Assembly (NCBI GenBank): GCA_002256025.1
Contig: NKIB01011728.1
Coordinates: forward strand, 62,001 to 88,412
DNA from: Asterionella formosa
Lineage: Eukaryota
Reading direction: 5' to 3'
Length of the DNA stretch: 26,412 bases
Under the pieces are notes generated by a model that was not told the origin of the DNA, searched no databases, and was given only the letters and a program-made list of their open reading frames with translations. A program made the translations under genes and the position numbers. This document shows, one piece after another, positions 1 through 10,973 of the stretch (position 1 is the first letter of the stretch; every line of letters starts with the position of its first letter).

Positions 1-3000
1 GTTGAGACTGTTGCTCCAGGGGCGGGTCGATGCATTCCTCTGAACGAAAGAATCGCGACCAAAGACTATTTCTCAGTTCGGCAAATGAAGAATGATTCCC
101 TTCCTTTCCAGATAAACTTTTCCCTATGAGGGTGACAGTATCATCTGCTTTTGACATCATGGTTTCCAAAGATTTCAATTGTTGAGACTTATCGGAAGTT
201 CGGGATATAACTTCTTTCGTAACCGCGTCGACGAGTACACCAGCTTCAAATGGCAACATCGTGACAACGATCATTAATCGTCGCAGTTGCTCAGGAGAAA
301 ATTCTATAACCTTTCCCGCTGCTTCATCTGTTGCAGACACGAGAATTCTTTGAGTAAGAGCGAGGATTTCTGCTTTTATGATTTCAACCTCTGAAGTACT
401 TGCAATGACGAATTCTTCGACAGTATCTTCAGAGATTTGGGGAAGGGAATCAGCTTCTTTTTCACTACATAATGTAAGGGCAATGTCAACGAGTTTTTCG
501 CTGTCTTGAACTAATCTCCTGGCCTTTGCAAGGATTTCAATCAGATTGCAGAGTTCAGAATGCTCCAAGCTTGCGAGTTCTCGAGTTTCAAATGAAGTTA
601 ACACGCGAACCACAAACGAAGGGTTACTGCTTAAAAAGTCCATTGATATCACTCCAATAAGGAATTTTGTGAGCGACGTGGTCGAAAGTGTTGAAATCTG
701 GTCATCTGAAAGAAGAATTTTATCGGTGACGAGGTGGAGTTTGCGATGAGCTGACAGTAAGTTGTCGTCCTTATTTTCATGATGCACTCCGAGCTCACCA
801 AGGGACCAAATCAAATTGGATAAATCCCAAGGCGAGACTTTCAACAAGGACAGCACATCTGGCACATTATCATTGGAAACACCAAGAATTTCGTTCAGTA
901 GTTGAACGACCCGTCTTGCGTAGAGTTTTGTCACTGTTTCCCTTCCATATCCGGGGATCTTGTTACTGGCACATGCCATGCAGAGACGGATAATGTCTTT
1001 CATTGATGTTTCTTTCATCAGGGTTCCATGCCTCGATACAAGCAGTCTGACAGCGATTCGTGCAACTGTCCAAGCCCCCTTGATCTCAGGGTGATTAGCT
1101 GCAAACTTGGCTAAACCAGAAGCAAGTTTGCAAAGGGTTGCGGGGTCTGTAGACAAATCGCGAAGCAGCGGCAACGACGTTTTCTCTGGCACAACTGACA
1201 ACAAATCGTCGTCAATGTCAAACTCGCCCACCCGTTGGTCAAGGAGAGCAGGGTACAATACTCTTGGTCGGCCAAGGAATGACGAGTATCGAATAGAATC
1301 TTCAGCATGAGAGCTGTCGTGGGATGATGTAGCCCCTGACTTTCCACTTTCCCATCTCAACAGGGAAGCGTCTAAGATTGAAAGTATCCGACCAAGCGGC
1401 TCTGCTAGTGTCGGATCCATTCTTGTATCATCTTTATGGTAGAGAATCAGAAAAGCCCATGCAACTCTTGCCTGGTCATTTTTTAGCAGCGCAAATAATG
1501 GTCAGAACACGCAATACTGAAATAAGTTTGATAGAATGATTCATTCTGGAAAAACGTACCAGATCTTCTGATCCAAAAACTGGGAGGTTTGTAGCTGCTA
1601 TTCGCAAGCAAAGGGCAGCTAATCGACTTGCTTCGGGCGAGGACCGGGTCGAGGAGTCCAGCAATATTGTTGTTGTCAAAGCAATGGACCATGTCAAGCG
1701 ACCTATTTCAGGAGGTTGGAAATGATGAAGCAGTGTCGATCTTTCATTATCGTTGCTATGATTGTCTCCTAGCGAAAGCGCTTCCCGTGCAATCAAGTCG
1801 GTAATGGTCAAGCATGATGTTGAATTTAAGGCACCTCCTTCTGAGCTTCCAATGTCTGCCCTTCTTGCTATCGCCCAAGCCAGGTTGGCCAGATCACCTC
1901 CGACGAGACCTGAAGCACGATCGTTTCCTCGGGTCATGAAGATATCTAGAACTAAGTCAACAATTCTCACTCGCAATGAGTCGTTGAGCTCGGTGGCGGC
2001 CCAAACAATTGCGCAAAGGTTGTGTGGTGAGAATATTATGTCTGATTTGGGATGTGCAAGTGAATCTAGCTGAGTATATGGAACAGCATTTTGACGGCTA
2101 CTTCTTCCACTCGTAGAAGAACCAACCTCTGTTTCAATCTCTGGATGTCCCTCAAATAATGCTGCGGCACCTTTCACTTGGAGCATTTCCACTTTCTCGT
2201 TCACACCATTTCTGATAGGTGTGTCTGTCATGGTGATGTTTTCCACGGAAGTGACAATTGAGTCGCTACATCGTTCCATAGCCATGATAACTGCAGCATC
2301 GACGACTTCGATCACCATGGAGTCATGATCTTGTTCCCAAACTGACTCATCACGTCCAGCATAAAGGTCCGACTCCAAATAGGCATTTTCTGAAGACCTA
2401 TTTTGCTGAAGAACATGGATATCTTCTTCGAGACATTCTAAAAGCCTGTCAAATGCAACCTCTCGAAATGTCGCAGACGTTTCAGAAAGTTTTTTGTGGT
2501 GCAAAAGTCTAATATCATTTGTACTCCCATGCAAGGCAAGAGACCAGATTGCATCGGTGAGCTCACTTGGAGATAGCCAGTCAATGAGAGTACCCCGCTC
2601 GTCGAGCTTTCCTTGCCAGTCTGCCGCTTCAGATATGACTGTGTTGATGGGGATACTTTTTTCCGTCTCACTTTGTGACCGTGCTAACCTTTCAACAACA
2701 TCATTCACTTCGAAATTTGCGTCGTCAAATCCTGTTTTTTTTAATTGAGCCCTTATTCTCAACTCTGTCGGATTCTGGCACAAGATGGAGCAGCAAGTTT
2801 CAAACAAAGCGACACTTCGTATACCAGTGCATGCTTTTACGCATGCAAAAGTCCACATTGCTGCTGCTGCGTCTTCAGCAAGAATTTCGGCATCTCGGTC
2901 AAATCTTTCTGCCATCGACATTGCTTGAGTCGCATCAGACTCAACGTCTCCGAGACGAAGTTTCTGGAGGCGGGCAAGTAGCAAATCTCGTATTCGCAGG

Positions 3001-3917
3001 GATAATGCAATTATTATATCTTGAGCATTTTCACCGCCAAAGGACTCCAAATTGTACCCACCAAGAATTGAAAGTCCCCATGCAGCTCTACATGAATCAG
3101 TTACTGTTAGACCTTCGTCAACTTTAGAGTCTTCGCCATCTAGAATGGCTTCGATATCTTGTGAGTCGTCATCCGTCAGCCTTCCCATTTCAAGTGCTTC
3201 TTGTCTTCTCTTCTTCACGTCAACACCACAGAGGACACACTCAACAAGTTGTTCAAACCGCCTGTCTTTGATAACAAGCGAGCCTGTCGATTTCTTAATT
3301 TGTCCCTCACTTGAAATTTTCTTGTCATACAGTTCACATAGACGAGCTATCACTCCAATCGTGCATGCAGCAGTACCTGCATCGATATCAGGCGTCGCCG
3401 ACGTAATCCGAAGCATGAAATTCGGAGAGTGCTTAATGGCTGGAATTTTGGGACTCACACTGTGCAGCACTCCTAAAGGATCAGGTATTCTTCTTTCGTT
3501 TGTAGCCATTGCTAAATCCTCCAAGTATTCTTGTGCCCTTTCCATGATAACTTGCCGCAGCTCGTACGATTCGTCTTGGACAACATGCTTTTCATCAAGC
3601 AATGACCAAATCATGTCAGGGGTGTGCCACGATTTCTTGGGTCTTTGAAAGGATTTTATTCTATCGTATTCTTCTTTGGACTTGAAACGCTGCGGTTCAT
3701 CGCCACGTGGAGGAGATGTACTCGCCTCGGCTACAACAGTGTGGGATTCCTCGTCGTGTTCGCTGAAGTCTGATGTCTCGGCACTACTACCTCCTCTGCA
3801 CATGATCGTCGGAAACTGCAGCGTTCTAAATACTGCAGGGATGTATTTTGTTAGCTGATAATGTTCGGCAGATGCCAGCGTCGCGATCACTCCAAACAAT
3901 AAAAGTCGAAACAACAT
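1..3917 (-). CDS. Large (>1270 aa, 3' end outside window) alpha-helical repeat protein with OPR/FASTK-like motifs and an N-terminal signal peptide; exon 1 3917-1560, intron 1559-1472, exon 2 1471-<1
   Basis: Probable start MLFRLLLFGVIATLASA (ATG 3917), signal-peptide-like and followed by an RGG motif. The 88-nt phase-0 intron GTACGT...GACCAG joins EDL|ARVAWAFLILY, and exon 2 stays open by manual translation to base 1. Repeated motifs: SPSELTDAIWSLA, SPHNLCAIVWAA, DLANLAWAIA, PPEIGRLTWSIA, DLARVAWAF, SPWDLSNLIWSLGELG. Gene model is firm; family call is moderate. Confidence 0.8.
1472..1559 (-). other. Spliceosomal GT-AG intron (88 nt)
   Basis: Donor GTACGT at 1559, acceptor CAG at 1474-1472. 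Splicing removes the stop that ends the 857-aa ORF and restores a repeat motif across the junction. Confidence 0.85.
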
Positions 3918-4804
3918 TTTCTGTTGAGAACCCCTTTGGTATTTGTTCCGGAACGATACATGCACTTGCGGCATTCGGAAAGCTATGTATGGCCAGCAAG
4001 AATCTGAACAATGGCCAATTGTTTCGTTCTCTCCTTTGCGATGAGGCAAGACCCCTCTATGCCCACATCACGACAACGACAATGAGAGGATGATGTGAGG
4101 TGTGATGGTGATGATTTCAGTCAGATGTGAAGCAACAATCATTCCTTCGTTTTGTGAAATGTGGAACCCGGTCTTCATGCTAGATACGAAACCTCTATGT
4201 ATGATAGTTAGTATGTAGCTGTAAAAAGAATAGACTACATAGACAACCTGTTGTCACCTATTTATTACTACTGTAAGCAACACAGAAAGATAAACACCAA
4301 TTCGTCACATTTAGCTACCGCTATGAATATCTACATGAGACATAGGCTGTACAGCACTATTTATGGCTCTGAATATTCCGATATGTATATGTGGTGAGGA
4401 CCGGTGTACTCGTACCGGTACTGGTAGTGTTGCTTGTTTGACGGGAATGCGCTGCCTCACGCACGGGGCCCTAAGTGGTCATACATAGCTAGCAACCAGT
4501 ATATTTCTAGCAAGTACTACCATATCTGTCCTGTAGAGTCTACTCGACTACCGGTACTGTTACATATCATTCAAGAAAGGTGCATGAAAAGACACCAATA
4601 TATTAGCATAGATATACATCGTGGCAAACATCAATAAAATGTACTCGCCTTTTTCGGTCGGTGCGCCTGCATGCATTTCTTCGTTCATGATACAAATCAC
4701 CATTTAGGAGGGATTCATATTGGCTGACATGAAAACAAATCATCCCACTCTCACAACAATGCTAAAGCTCATCTAACTTCATAGTTGCCCTACTACCTAT
4801 CTGC
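3918..4804. promoter_or_regulatory. Divergent intergenic region / probable bidirectional promoter between the OPR-like gene and FKBP
   Basis: Head-to-head gene geometry; ACCGGT/GTAC cluster at ~4399-4425 and TACCGGTA at ~4549. Confidence 0.5.
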
Positions 4805-5278
4805 ATGATGTACAACTCACTCTTCCTTCGTCTCCTGCAAATCCTTGCATTCTTTATGATGATCATGACAACGATAAGTGCTGAAAAAAATGTCGTCGTG
4901 GTAGACATCATAACTGCTGCTCCCGCTGATAGTCCCATGGTGACAAGCAAGCATTACTATTCTTCCATGGTGACACTGTACATTGAACACGAAGACGGTA
5001 GCAAAATCCCTTCTGGTTGGTCCACCCGAAAAGAACATGGTGCACTCATAGACGCCCCTTTTAAATTTAAACCAGGTTTGAATTTGATTGTCGGGTGGAC
5101 CGAAGGTGTCTTGCAAATGAAGGAAGGGGAACGTGCGCTTCTGCACATTCCTTCAGCAAAGGGGTATGGTGGAAAGGCCATGGGACAAAAGGGAGGGGTA
5201 TTTTTCATTCCGGAAAATTCCAATTTATTGTTTGATATTGAAATTTTGGGAAAGGCTGGTATGAATTCTGAATTCTAG
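4805..5278 (+). CDS. FKBP-type peptidyl-prolyl cis-trans isomerase, secretory/ER-targeted
   Basis: Hydrophobic signal peptide; FKBP motifs PFKF..G..LIVGWTEGVLQMKEGERALLHIPSAKGYG and IPENSNLLFDIEIL; C-terminal NSEF resembles an ER-retrieval signal; single exon. Confidence 0.9.
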   Translation: MMYNSLFLRLLQILAFFMMIMTTISAEKNVVVVDIITAAPADSPMVTSKHYYSSMVTLYIEHEDGSKIPSGWSTRKEHGALIDAPFKFKPGLNLIVGWTEGVLQMKEGERALLHIPSAKGYGGKAMGQKGGVFFIPENSNLLFDIEILGKAGMNSEF

Positions 5279-5723
5279 GATGATGCATATCACACCTCAT
5301 CACCCAATTTTGTTGTGAACGGACAGAATGTAGACCGGCGAGTTCGATTCTGGGGAGCTAAGAAGAGAAAATCAATGACTTAGACAGAAGTCTTAGTCTA
5401 CCATGACGTGACTATATCTGTGTGATGTAGTGCCTAGATTTATGGTGGTACAATCGCGAAAAAGACTTTACCTCAGAAACAATAATTGGAATGAGCAGGG
5501 AGAAATAATTGTACCGCTATTTGAAGAATTTTTTTAAAACTGAAGTCATCAGTTCACTTTAAGCTCCTTTCGCTTGGCTGACGGGCGGGCAGATAAACAT
5601 TGTAAAGGTAATAGTCAAGGTCCATGACTGTCTATTTAATCTGAATAAAGGGATGTATCTAGCACTCCTCATGAAATGATTCTACCATGTCTCCATAAAT
5701 CAGAGGGAGTGAAGATTCCGATA

Positions 5724-6215
5724 TTATTTGTCCCACGGGAACTTGAATGGTTGTCTATTTCTTTCCTTCTCTAGGTCTTCATCAGAAACCCAACCACTCT
5801 CGAAATACGGCATTTTTGTTTGTTTGGATTCTCCATTCTATAGTTGTGGAGAGGAATTGCGTCAGTAAGTTTTGAAACTTCGTAGAAAGTCGCGATATGA
5901 AATCAAAATAATATGACATACCTCGTCGACAAGATTGTTGGCTTCCAGAGAAAAATACATTTTCCCAGTTTCTGGGTCGGTTCCTTCGTAGTCTCCCAGA
6001 AACGGCGATCCCGCACCAGCAGTGATTAGTTGAACAAGACCTTTTAGGCCAATCTTTTCTTTCGGCACAGTATCGGCCTTATTCTTGTCCTCTTTGGATC
6101 CAAACGACGGTAAGCCGAAATAACGTTGCGTTTTTTGTCGACCGGCTGCTTGAGGAGCAAATGAGTCGCTTCCTACAAAGATTGCTAACAGGCATGTAAT
6201 AAATCGTTGGTTCAT
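5724..6215 (-). CDS. Small (135 aa) plastid-targeted protein of unknown function; exons 6215-5922 and 5837-5724
   Basis: Signal peptide followed by SDS|FAP (ASAFAP-type plastid motif). The 84-nt intron 5921-5838 (GTATGT...TACTGAC...TAG) yields ...LEANNLVDE|NGESKQTKMPYFESGWVSDEDLEKERNRQPFKFPWDK*. Confidence 0.85.
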
Positions 6216-6822
6216 TGCGGTATTGATGAGCAGCAGGCAGGTGAAGACAACGAAGTGATAAATTGTCTCACGAGAAACAAGTGTGCTGAGTGTACGTCCA
6301 GATAGATGCCATATGTAGGATTTAGTTCAAAGGCTACGGTACCTGGTGAAGTAGCCGGTCCAAAGCCAAGCGTGGAGTACCTGGTACCAGGTACCTACAG
6401 TAGGGCGGTTGCCTTGAAAACAACTCGTTGATTTGATGTCGTGGATAGCTGTTGCTTGAGGAATCTGGATCTGATCATGATGATACAGAATGTGGCAAGA
6501 AGAAACAACCACACCAACGCACGTCAATTGCTTTGCAGAAGACCCGGAAAAATGGGACTGTCAACAACACGTCACCGTCGACGTCAGCGCCGGGCTGAGC
6601 TGAGCACGTACAGCACGCCGATGACGAGGACATGGTTGAAATATCAGTATGCAGACATGTACCAGGTACCTGGTGAGCAAAATGAGGAGATGGAGTGCCA
6701 ACAACATGACGACTACATACCCATACCGGTATTTTGTACATAAAATACATTTATGTACGCCATACAAGCCCGGGGAAAAGCACACAATCTTTCTAACTTC
6801 CTTCGACAACAAGAAATTCGTC
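6216..6822. promoter_or_regulatory. Probable bidirectional promoter shared by PGR5 and the unknown plastid gene, with palindromic TACCWGGTA motifs
   Basis: 607-bp head-to-head spacer; perfect palindromes GTACCTGGTACCAGGTAC (6377-6394) and ACCAGGTACCTGGT (6661-6674). Confidence 0.55.
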
Positions 6823-7350
6823 ATGCGTTCATTCACGATCATTCTTATCATTGCCATCGCCATATCGACCGTTAGCGGATTTGGTGTCACATCGGCCCGA
6901 ATGTCCCTTTCCGGCATTTCTGGAGGTGAGAGACAACAAACGCGGGAATATTAGATCAGCACTAACGTTCGACCGCCATCCTGTGAAAATTCTGCATGTC
7001 CTGTTACCGCAACGTTACAATTACTAATCAATCACTTTTATCCGTAAGGTTCTGCCTTTGTCGTCTCCCAAAGACCTGTCGTTGAGGTTAACATCCCTAC
7101 CCGGCGAACGAACGGATCATCCAGCCTTCAAATGGGCTCAATGGCCAAATTTGGAATCTTTTCTCCTGCAGTCTATGGAGCCAAGATAATTTTGGGAACT
7201 GAGAAGCTCAACAAGATCCGTGGAAAGGCTATTAGTTTGCATTCACAGTATATCGGTGACTTTTGCACCTGGGCCGGAGCGTACCATCTTCGTACCCAGC
7301 TCATTAAGAAGGCCAAGACCAATGGAGATATTCTAGGTTTCCTTGTCTAG
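6823..7350 (+). CDS. PGR5: Proton gradient regulation 5 (cyclic electron flow), 134 aa with bipartite plastid presequence; exons 6823-6925 and 7049-7350
   Basis: Mature part GIFSPAVYGAKIILGTEKLNKIRGKAISLHSQYIGDFC...LIKKAKTNGDILGFLV matches the plant PGR5 pattern (LRGKAIALHSQVI.EFC...LIRLAKKNGERLGFL). Signal peptide ends VSG|F. The 123-nt intron 6926-7048 (GTGAGA...TACTAAT...AAG) keeps the frame. Confidence 0.95.
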
Positions 7351-7874
7351 GAATATGTTTTAACATGGTTTGAATTTTTGTGAAGGGCACCGTCGGGAGG
7401 AGGCAGATGTAGAAATTTTGGATTTCAAAGGGAAAAGTAGTACTTTCGTTGCTAGATAACTGCTTCATTCTGACCCAGGTGAATGTTCAATCTAGGCAAA
7501 CTTGAATGGACGAGTTCTTAAGTAGCAGAGTATTGTAAGCGTCAAGTGTTTGTGTCTGGCTTGAATCAAATTGAATGAGCAAATAAACTTCACACAATTC
7601 TTGTTGATGTCTTTTAAGTACAATTCCATATATTGGTCTTTGTAGTCAGAATCACATGACAATTTTACAACAGGCCTATATGCAACTATCGAACTTCACT
7701 AGAATCTGGAGATATCATGATGGAACCTATTGGCAGTGATATTGGTAATCTGTCTCGTCATTAAACAGCATCAAACGGAAAAGCATTTTTTGCCAAAACA
7801 TTTTAACTGCACTTTTGCAGTTTTTACATGTTCAAGTTTCAACCCTGCTTATTTAGGGGCTATATAAACAAAGC

Positions 7875-7940
7875 AGGTGGAGAATGTGGGAATCAAACCT
7901 GCCACCTTGGAAGGTGAGCTAACCAACTGAGCTATTCCAC
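7875..7940 (-). pseudogene. Degenerate tRNA-Ala-like sequence (tRNA pseudogene or SINE head)
   Basis: Minus strand reads GTGGAATAGCTCAGTTGGTTAGCTCACCTTCCAAGGTGGCAGGTTTGATTCCCACATTCTCCA(CCT). A-box TAGCTCAGTTGG, B-box-like GGTTTGATTCC, acceptor ends like tRNA-Ala with G3:U70. Only 63 nt to the discriminator base, no proper anticodon loop. Confidence 0.6.
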
Positions 7941-8579
7941 AGTAAATTGGGCTCTAATTAATCAGGCCTCAGCAGAATTAGCGGGATTGCAAAACAAAAG
8001 TGCAACAATCGCAAAAGAATGAAGGCATGACAATGCCCATTCGGATACCATGTTCCATATGGCTGAGTATTTGGCTGCTTGGAGTAGACTGGTAGATAGA
8101 ATGAAAAAAGTATTACCATTACATCATAGTTGCAGTGAAGAAATGCAACACACAGTCACAAGCTTCAATGAATCAGAACAAATCGCAGTTTCCACCTGCC
8201 TCCAAATATGAAACTATTAACAAAACACCAGAAGACCATCTCTCCAAGACATCCGAACGCTTGCTACTAAGAACACTGAGATAGCGAAGTTTAATACTAC
8301 TACTACATTTTTATTAACTGAATTTATTAAGCGCTTTAACCCTACTCTATATTTGGCAGAGGAGACTGTGTAGCTCTTCCTGGCAAACTAAGCCTGGGTT
8401 TAGAATAAGAAAAAGTCACCCTGTGTTAGCCCAACATACACGGTGACTCTAGATGCTAGTCCACAGGGATCATACTATTACGCGCTAGCTACTACTACAA
8501 TTTCGATAGATCTGACTGAAATTTCCAACGGAGAGCACACAGAAGGAGATAATCACACACTACTAGCTACAGTGACAAC

Positions 8580-9330
8580 AATGGCAACAGTAATGCAACG
8601 AGGCGACACTCCGAACATCAAAAACCTTTGGAACCTATATAATGTAAGAATGAGAACAAGATACTCATTGCTGTTTTCACTGAGAGGAAAAATCTCCTAG
8701 CTATCCTTTAAAAAGAATCAACAAGAAGAAAAGCAGAAGAAGCAACCCGACCAAGCTCATTTGGACATGGCCACCAATGACGTAAAGCAGAAAACTATGG
8801 ACAAAAAGTTGATAATACAGCATCAGATAATTTTATCAAATCTATGGCGAGGGAAATGTTCAAGGCAATCTTGAAATTGTAAGCATCACAAGTAATAAGT
8901 CATCCTCCAGATACAGAAAACACTTTTCCACTTCGTACTTGTATAAACGGAACAGTTCCAGTCGCAATGAAAGTATACTCAGAAGGAAGTTATGACAAGT
9001 TTAATGCGTTATAAGCCTCTATTGCGAATGAAGATCGAAAAACATAAGCTCATGATCATATTACCAGCAAATTTCAACTGTTTGTACCCAATAGAATTAC
9101 ACTGGTAAATGCAAGCTGGTGCAGGATATATGGAACTCATGACAACGAATTTTTTGCTACTCTTTGATGGCGTTAATGAGAATCTATGGGCCAGAGAATG
9201 CGAATCCATGTCATCAATCATTAAGAGGTTTGATCCAACAATCCCCTTCCCAGCACCAATCCCAATGTCAGGTACCAGCAATTTGCAGTAATTTTCTTCT
9301 TCATATTGTTCATTCCCAGAACCAATAGAT
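8580..9330 (+). pseudogene. Decayed coding remnant of unknown family, probably TE-derived
   Basis: One frame reads as plausible protein broken by scattered stops (KAENYGQKVDNTASDNFIKSMAREMFKAILKL*ASQVISHPPDTENTFPLRTCINGTVPVAMKVYSEGSYDKFNAL*). No recognisable motif; boundaries approximate. Confidence 0.3.
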
Positions 9331-9427
9331 ATTTCCCAAGTCAGGAGGCATTGATAAATCAAAGTTTGAAACTTTAACGGTTTGCGCCCGCTGGCCGAAA
9401 TAAACACGACAGGACAAAATTCGTTAA

Positions 9428-9526
9428 CATTGAGCAGAATTGATACTTTAAGCAAACCAACCTTGAGCAAAACAACTTTAAGCAAAATGGTCAAACATTA
9501 AGCAAAGCCCCTAGTAGTAGGGAGGC
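9428..9526. repeat. Imperfect ~15-bp tandem repeat (core TTRAGCAAA, 4-5 copies) followed by a small hairpin
   Basis: ctttaagcaaaccaa (9446), ccttgagcaaaacaa (9461), ctttaagcaaaatgg (9476), cattaagcaaagccc (9496); hairpin CCCTA-gtag-TAGGG at 9509-9522. Confidence 0.6.
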
Positions 9527-10973
9527 AAATGGCAGAATAAGCCATTTGGATTGATCTTAATAAATTAGGCTAAATCAGTAAAGCTAAATATGATTCGAAG
9601 CAACAAGCCGGCTCGGTTCTTGGTTTATTAAACGGAAGTCAAAAAGATACACATGTATCAATCTGGAATTGGAATCACTATTGTTGGCACAAAGACTTAT
9701 GAAGCACTGTTGATAAAGCAAAATTACCACAACTTGCAGATATTGACCACAACTTTGCTAGTATTAATAAACCCATTATCATGTAATGGGCGTGTTACAG
9801 GAGAAATACCGGTGAAAACAAATAAAAGCATGGTAGATGAACTAGCAAAAAATTTAAAACAGTAGATTCATATGGTAATATATAGTCTAGTAGTGTGCAT
9901 GAACTCCTCTCAACTCTAGTTTAGTATTTTAAACTGTTGATAACTTCATTTCTCAAGCGCCTTAAAACTACCCAACTATGAATAGTGCAGGTTGAGTGGT
10001 ACTTCCTGGCATCGCTTGCCAGTAGTTTAAACTGTTGCTATGGGGGTTTAAGCAGCCCTCTCCTCTCTACAGACACCAACAGATGCTTTAACAGCATTGT
10101 ATTTATCAATACCTCTTTGTCCAATTTCATAACATTCACTGGTCAAGGTTCAGTGAAATATCTCATCATTTCCTGGAGCTGCTTGTTTGTCCACATATGT
10201 ATACTCATTTTGTATGGCTGCATGAATCAGAGGATTTATATGGCTGAGGCACAATTGGAAACTTCCTCTGCTCCAATGATGCTATTGCTGCCACCTTCTT
10301 TCTCTCCTTATGCATCCTGGTTCTCAACTTGCAATTGAACTTGCTTCCTTTGCATGTGCCAGCAGCATTTGAAATCATTTTATAATCATGAAGAAATATG
10401 CTTGAATGTATGAACTAAAAAGAGTACTAGTTCCTACATACGGAAGTTTTAAACTGGGGTGTACCACAAGCTCAAATCCAAAATTGGTCGGGGCGCCCTC
10501 AAGTCCGGGGTGCTTCATATTGTCCGATTCCGCAAATGACCGCATCTTGCTAGAACTTGAACTTACTAGGTGCCAAAGCGTCTCTTCCACGCTGAACTTC
10601 GTGGAATACAATACTATCGAAGATATTTGAGGTTTGATGTCATCGAAATGCTTTTTCACTATTACCGAGTAGCAAACAAAAAGTATGGAGGCATTTGGTG
10701 GGACATTCTTCATCCCGTCACAAGCAGTCCTGCCGGTCATCGTGGAAATATAAATGCATCTTGTGCCGCAACATGTCGGTACCAGCTATTCTCTGCTTCC
10801 TATGCACATCCTGGAACATCGAGTGCTCAGGTAAGGGATGGTTAAATGTAAAAAAGGATCGTAGGAATTTACATGTTGTTTGTTACCGGAATGATAAATG
10901 TCGTTTCCTGCACTTAGTAGGGACTAGTTTTTACCATACAATGTATATCCTGGAACATCGAGGGCGTCGGGGC

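Noticed and set aside
546..3858. Plus-strand ORFs such as 3052-3648, 1762-2073 and 2675-3127
   Set aside because: Antisense shadows of the minus-strand gene, Ser-rich with no motifs; the same applies to minus-strand ORFs inside the kinase and FKBP.
3918..4049. N-terminal 44 aa of the 857-aa ORF, and its C-terminal tail at 1476-1559
   Set aside because: The track start is a non-ATG codon and the signal peptide begins at ATG 3917; the tail is intron read-through.
6338..6674. GTAC cores as Chlamydomonas-type copper-response elements
   Set aside because: The motif occurs upstream of unrelated genes and inside TEs as part of a longer palindrome; nothing links it to copper.
7878..7940. Functional tRNA gene
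   Set aside because: Too short, no 7-nt anticodon loop, mismatched acceptor and T stems, TTC altered to TTT.
10375..10845. Overlapping ORFs of 74-121 aa on both strands
   Set aside because: No recognisable domain or consistent splice model; may be a degraded gene but cannot be supported.
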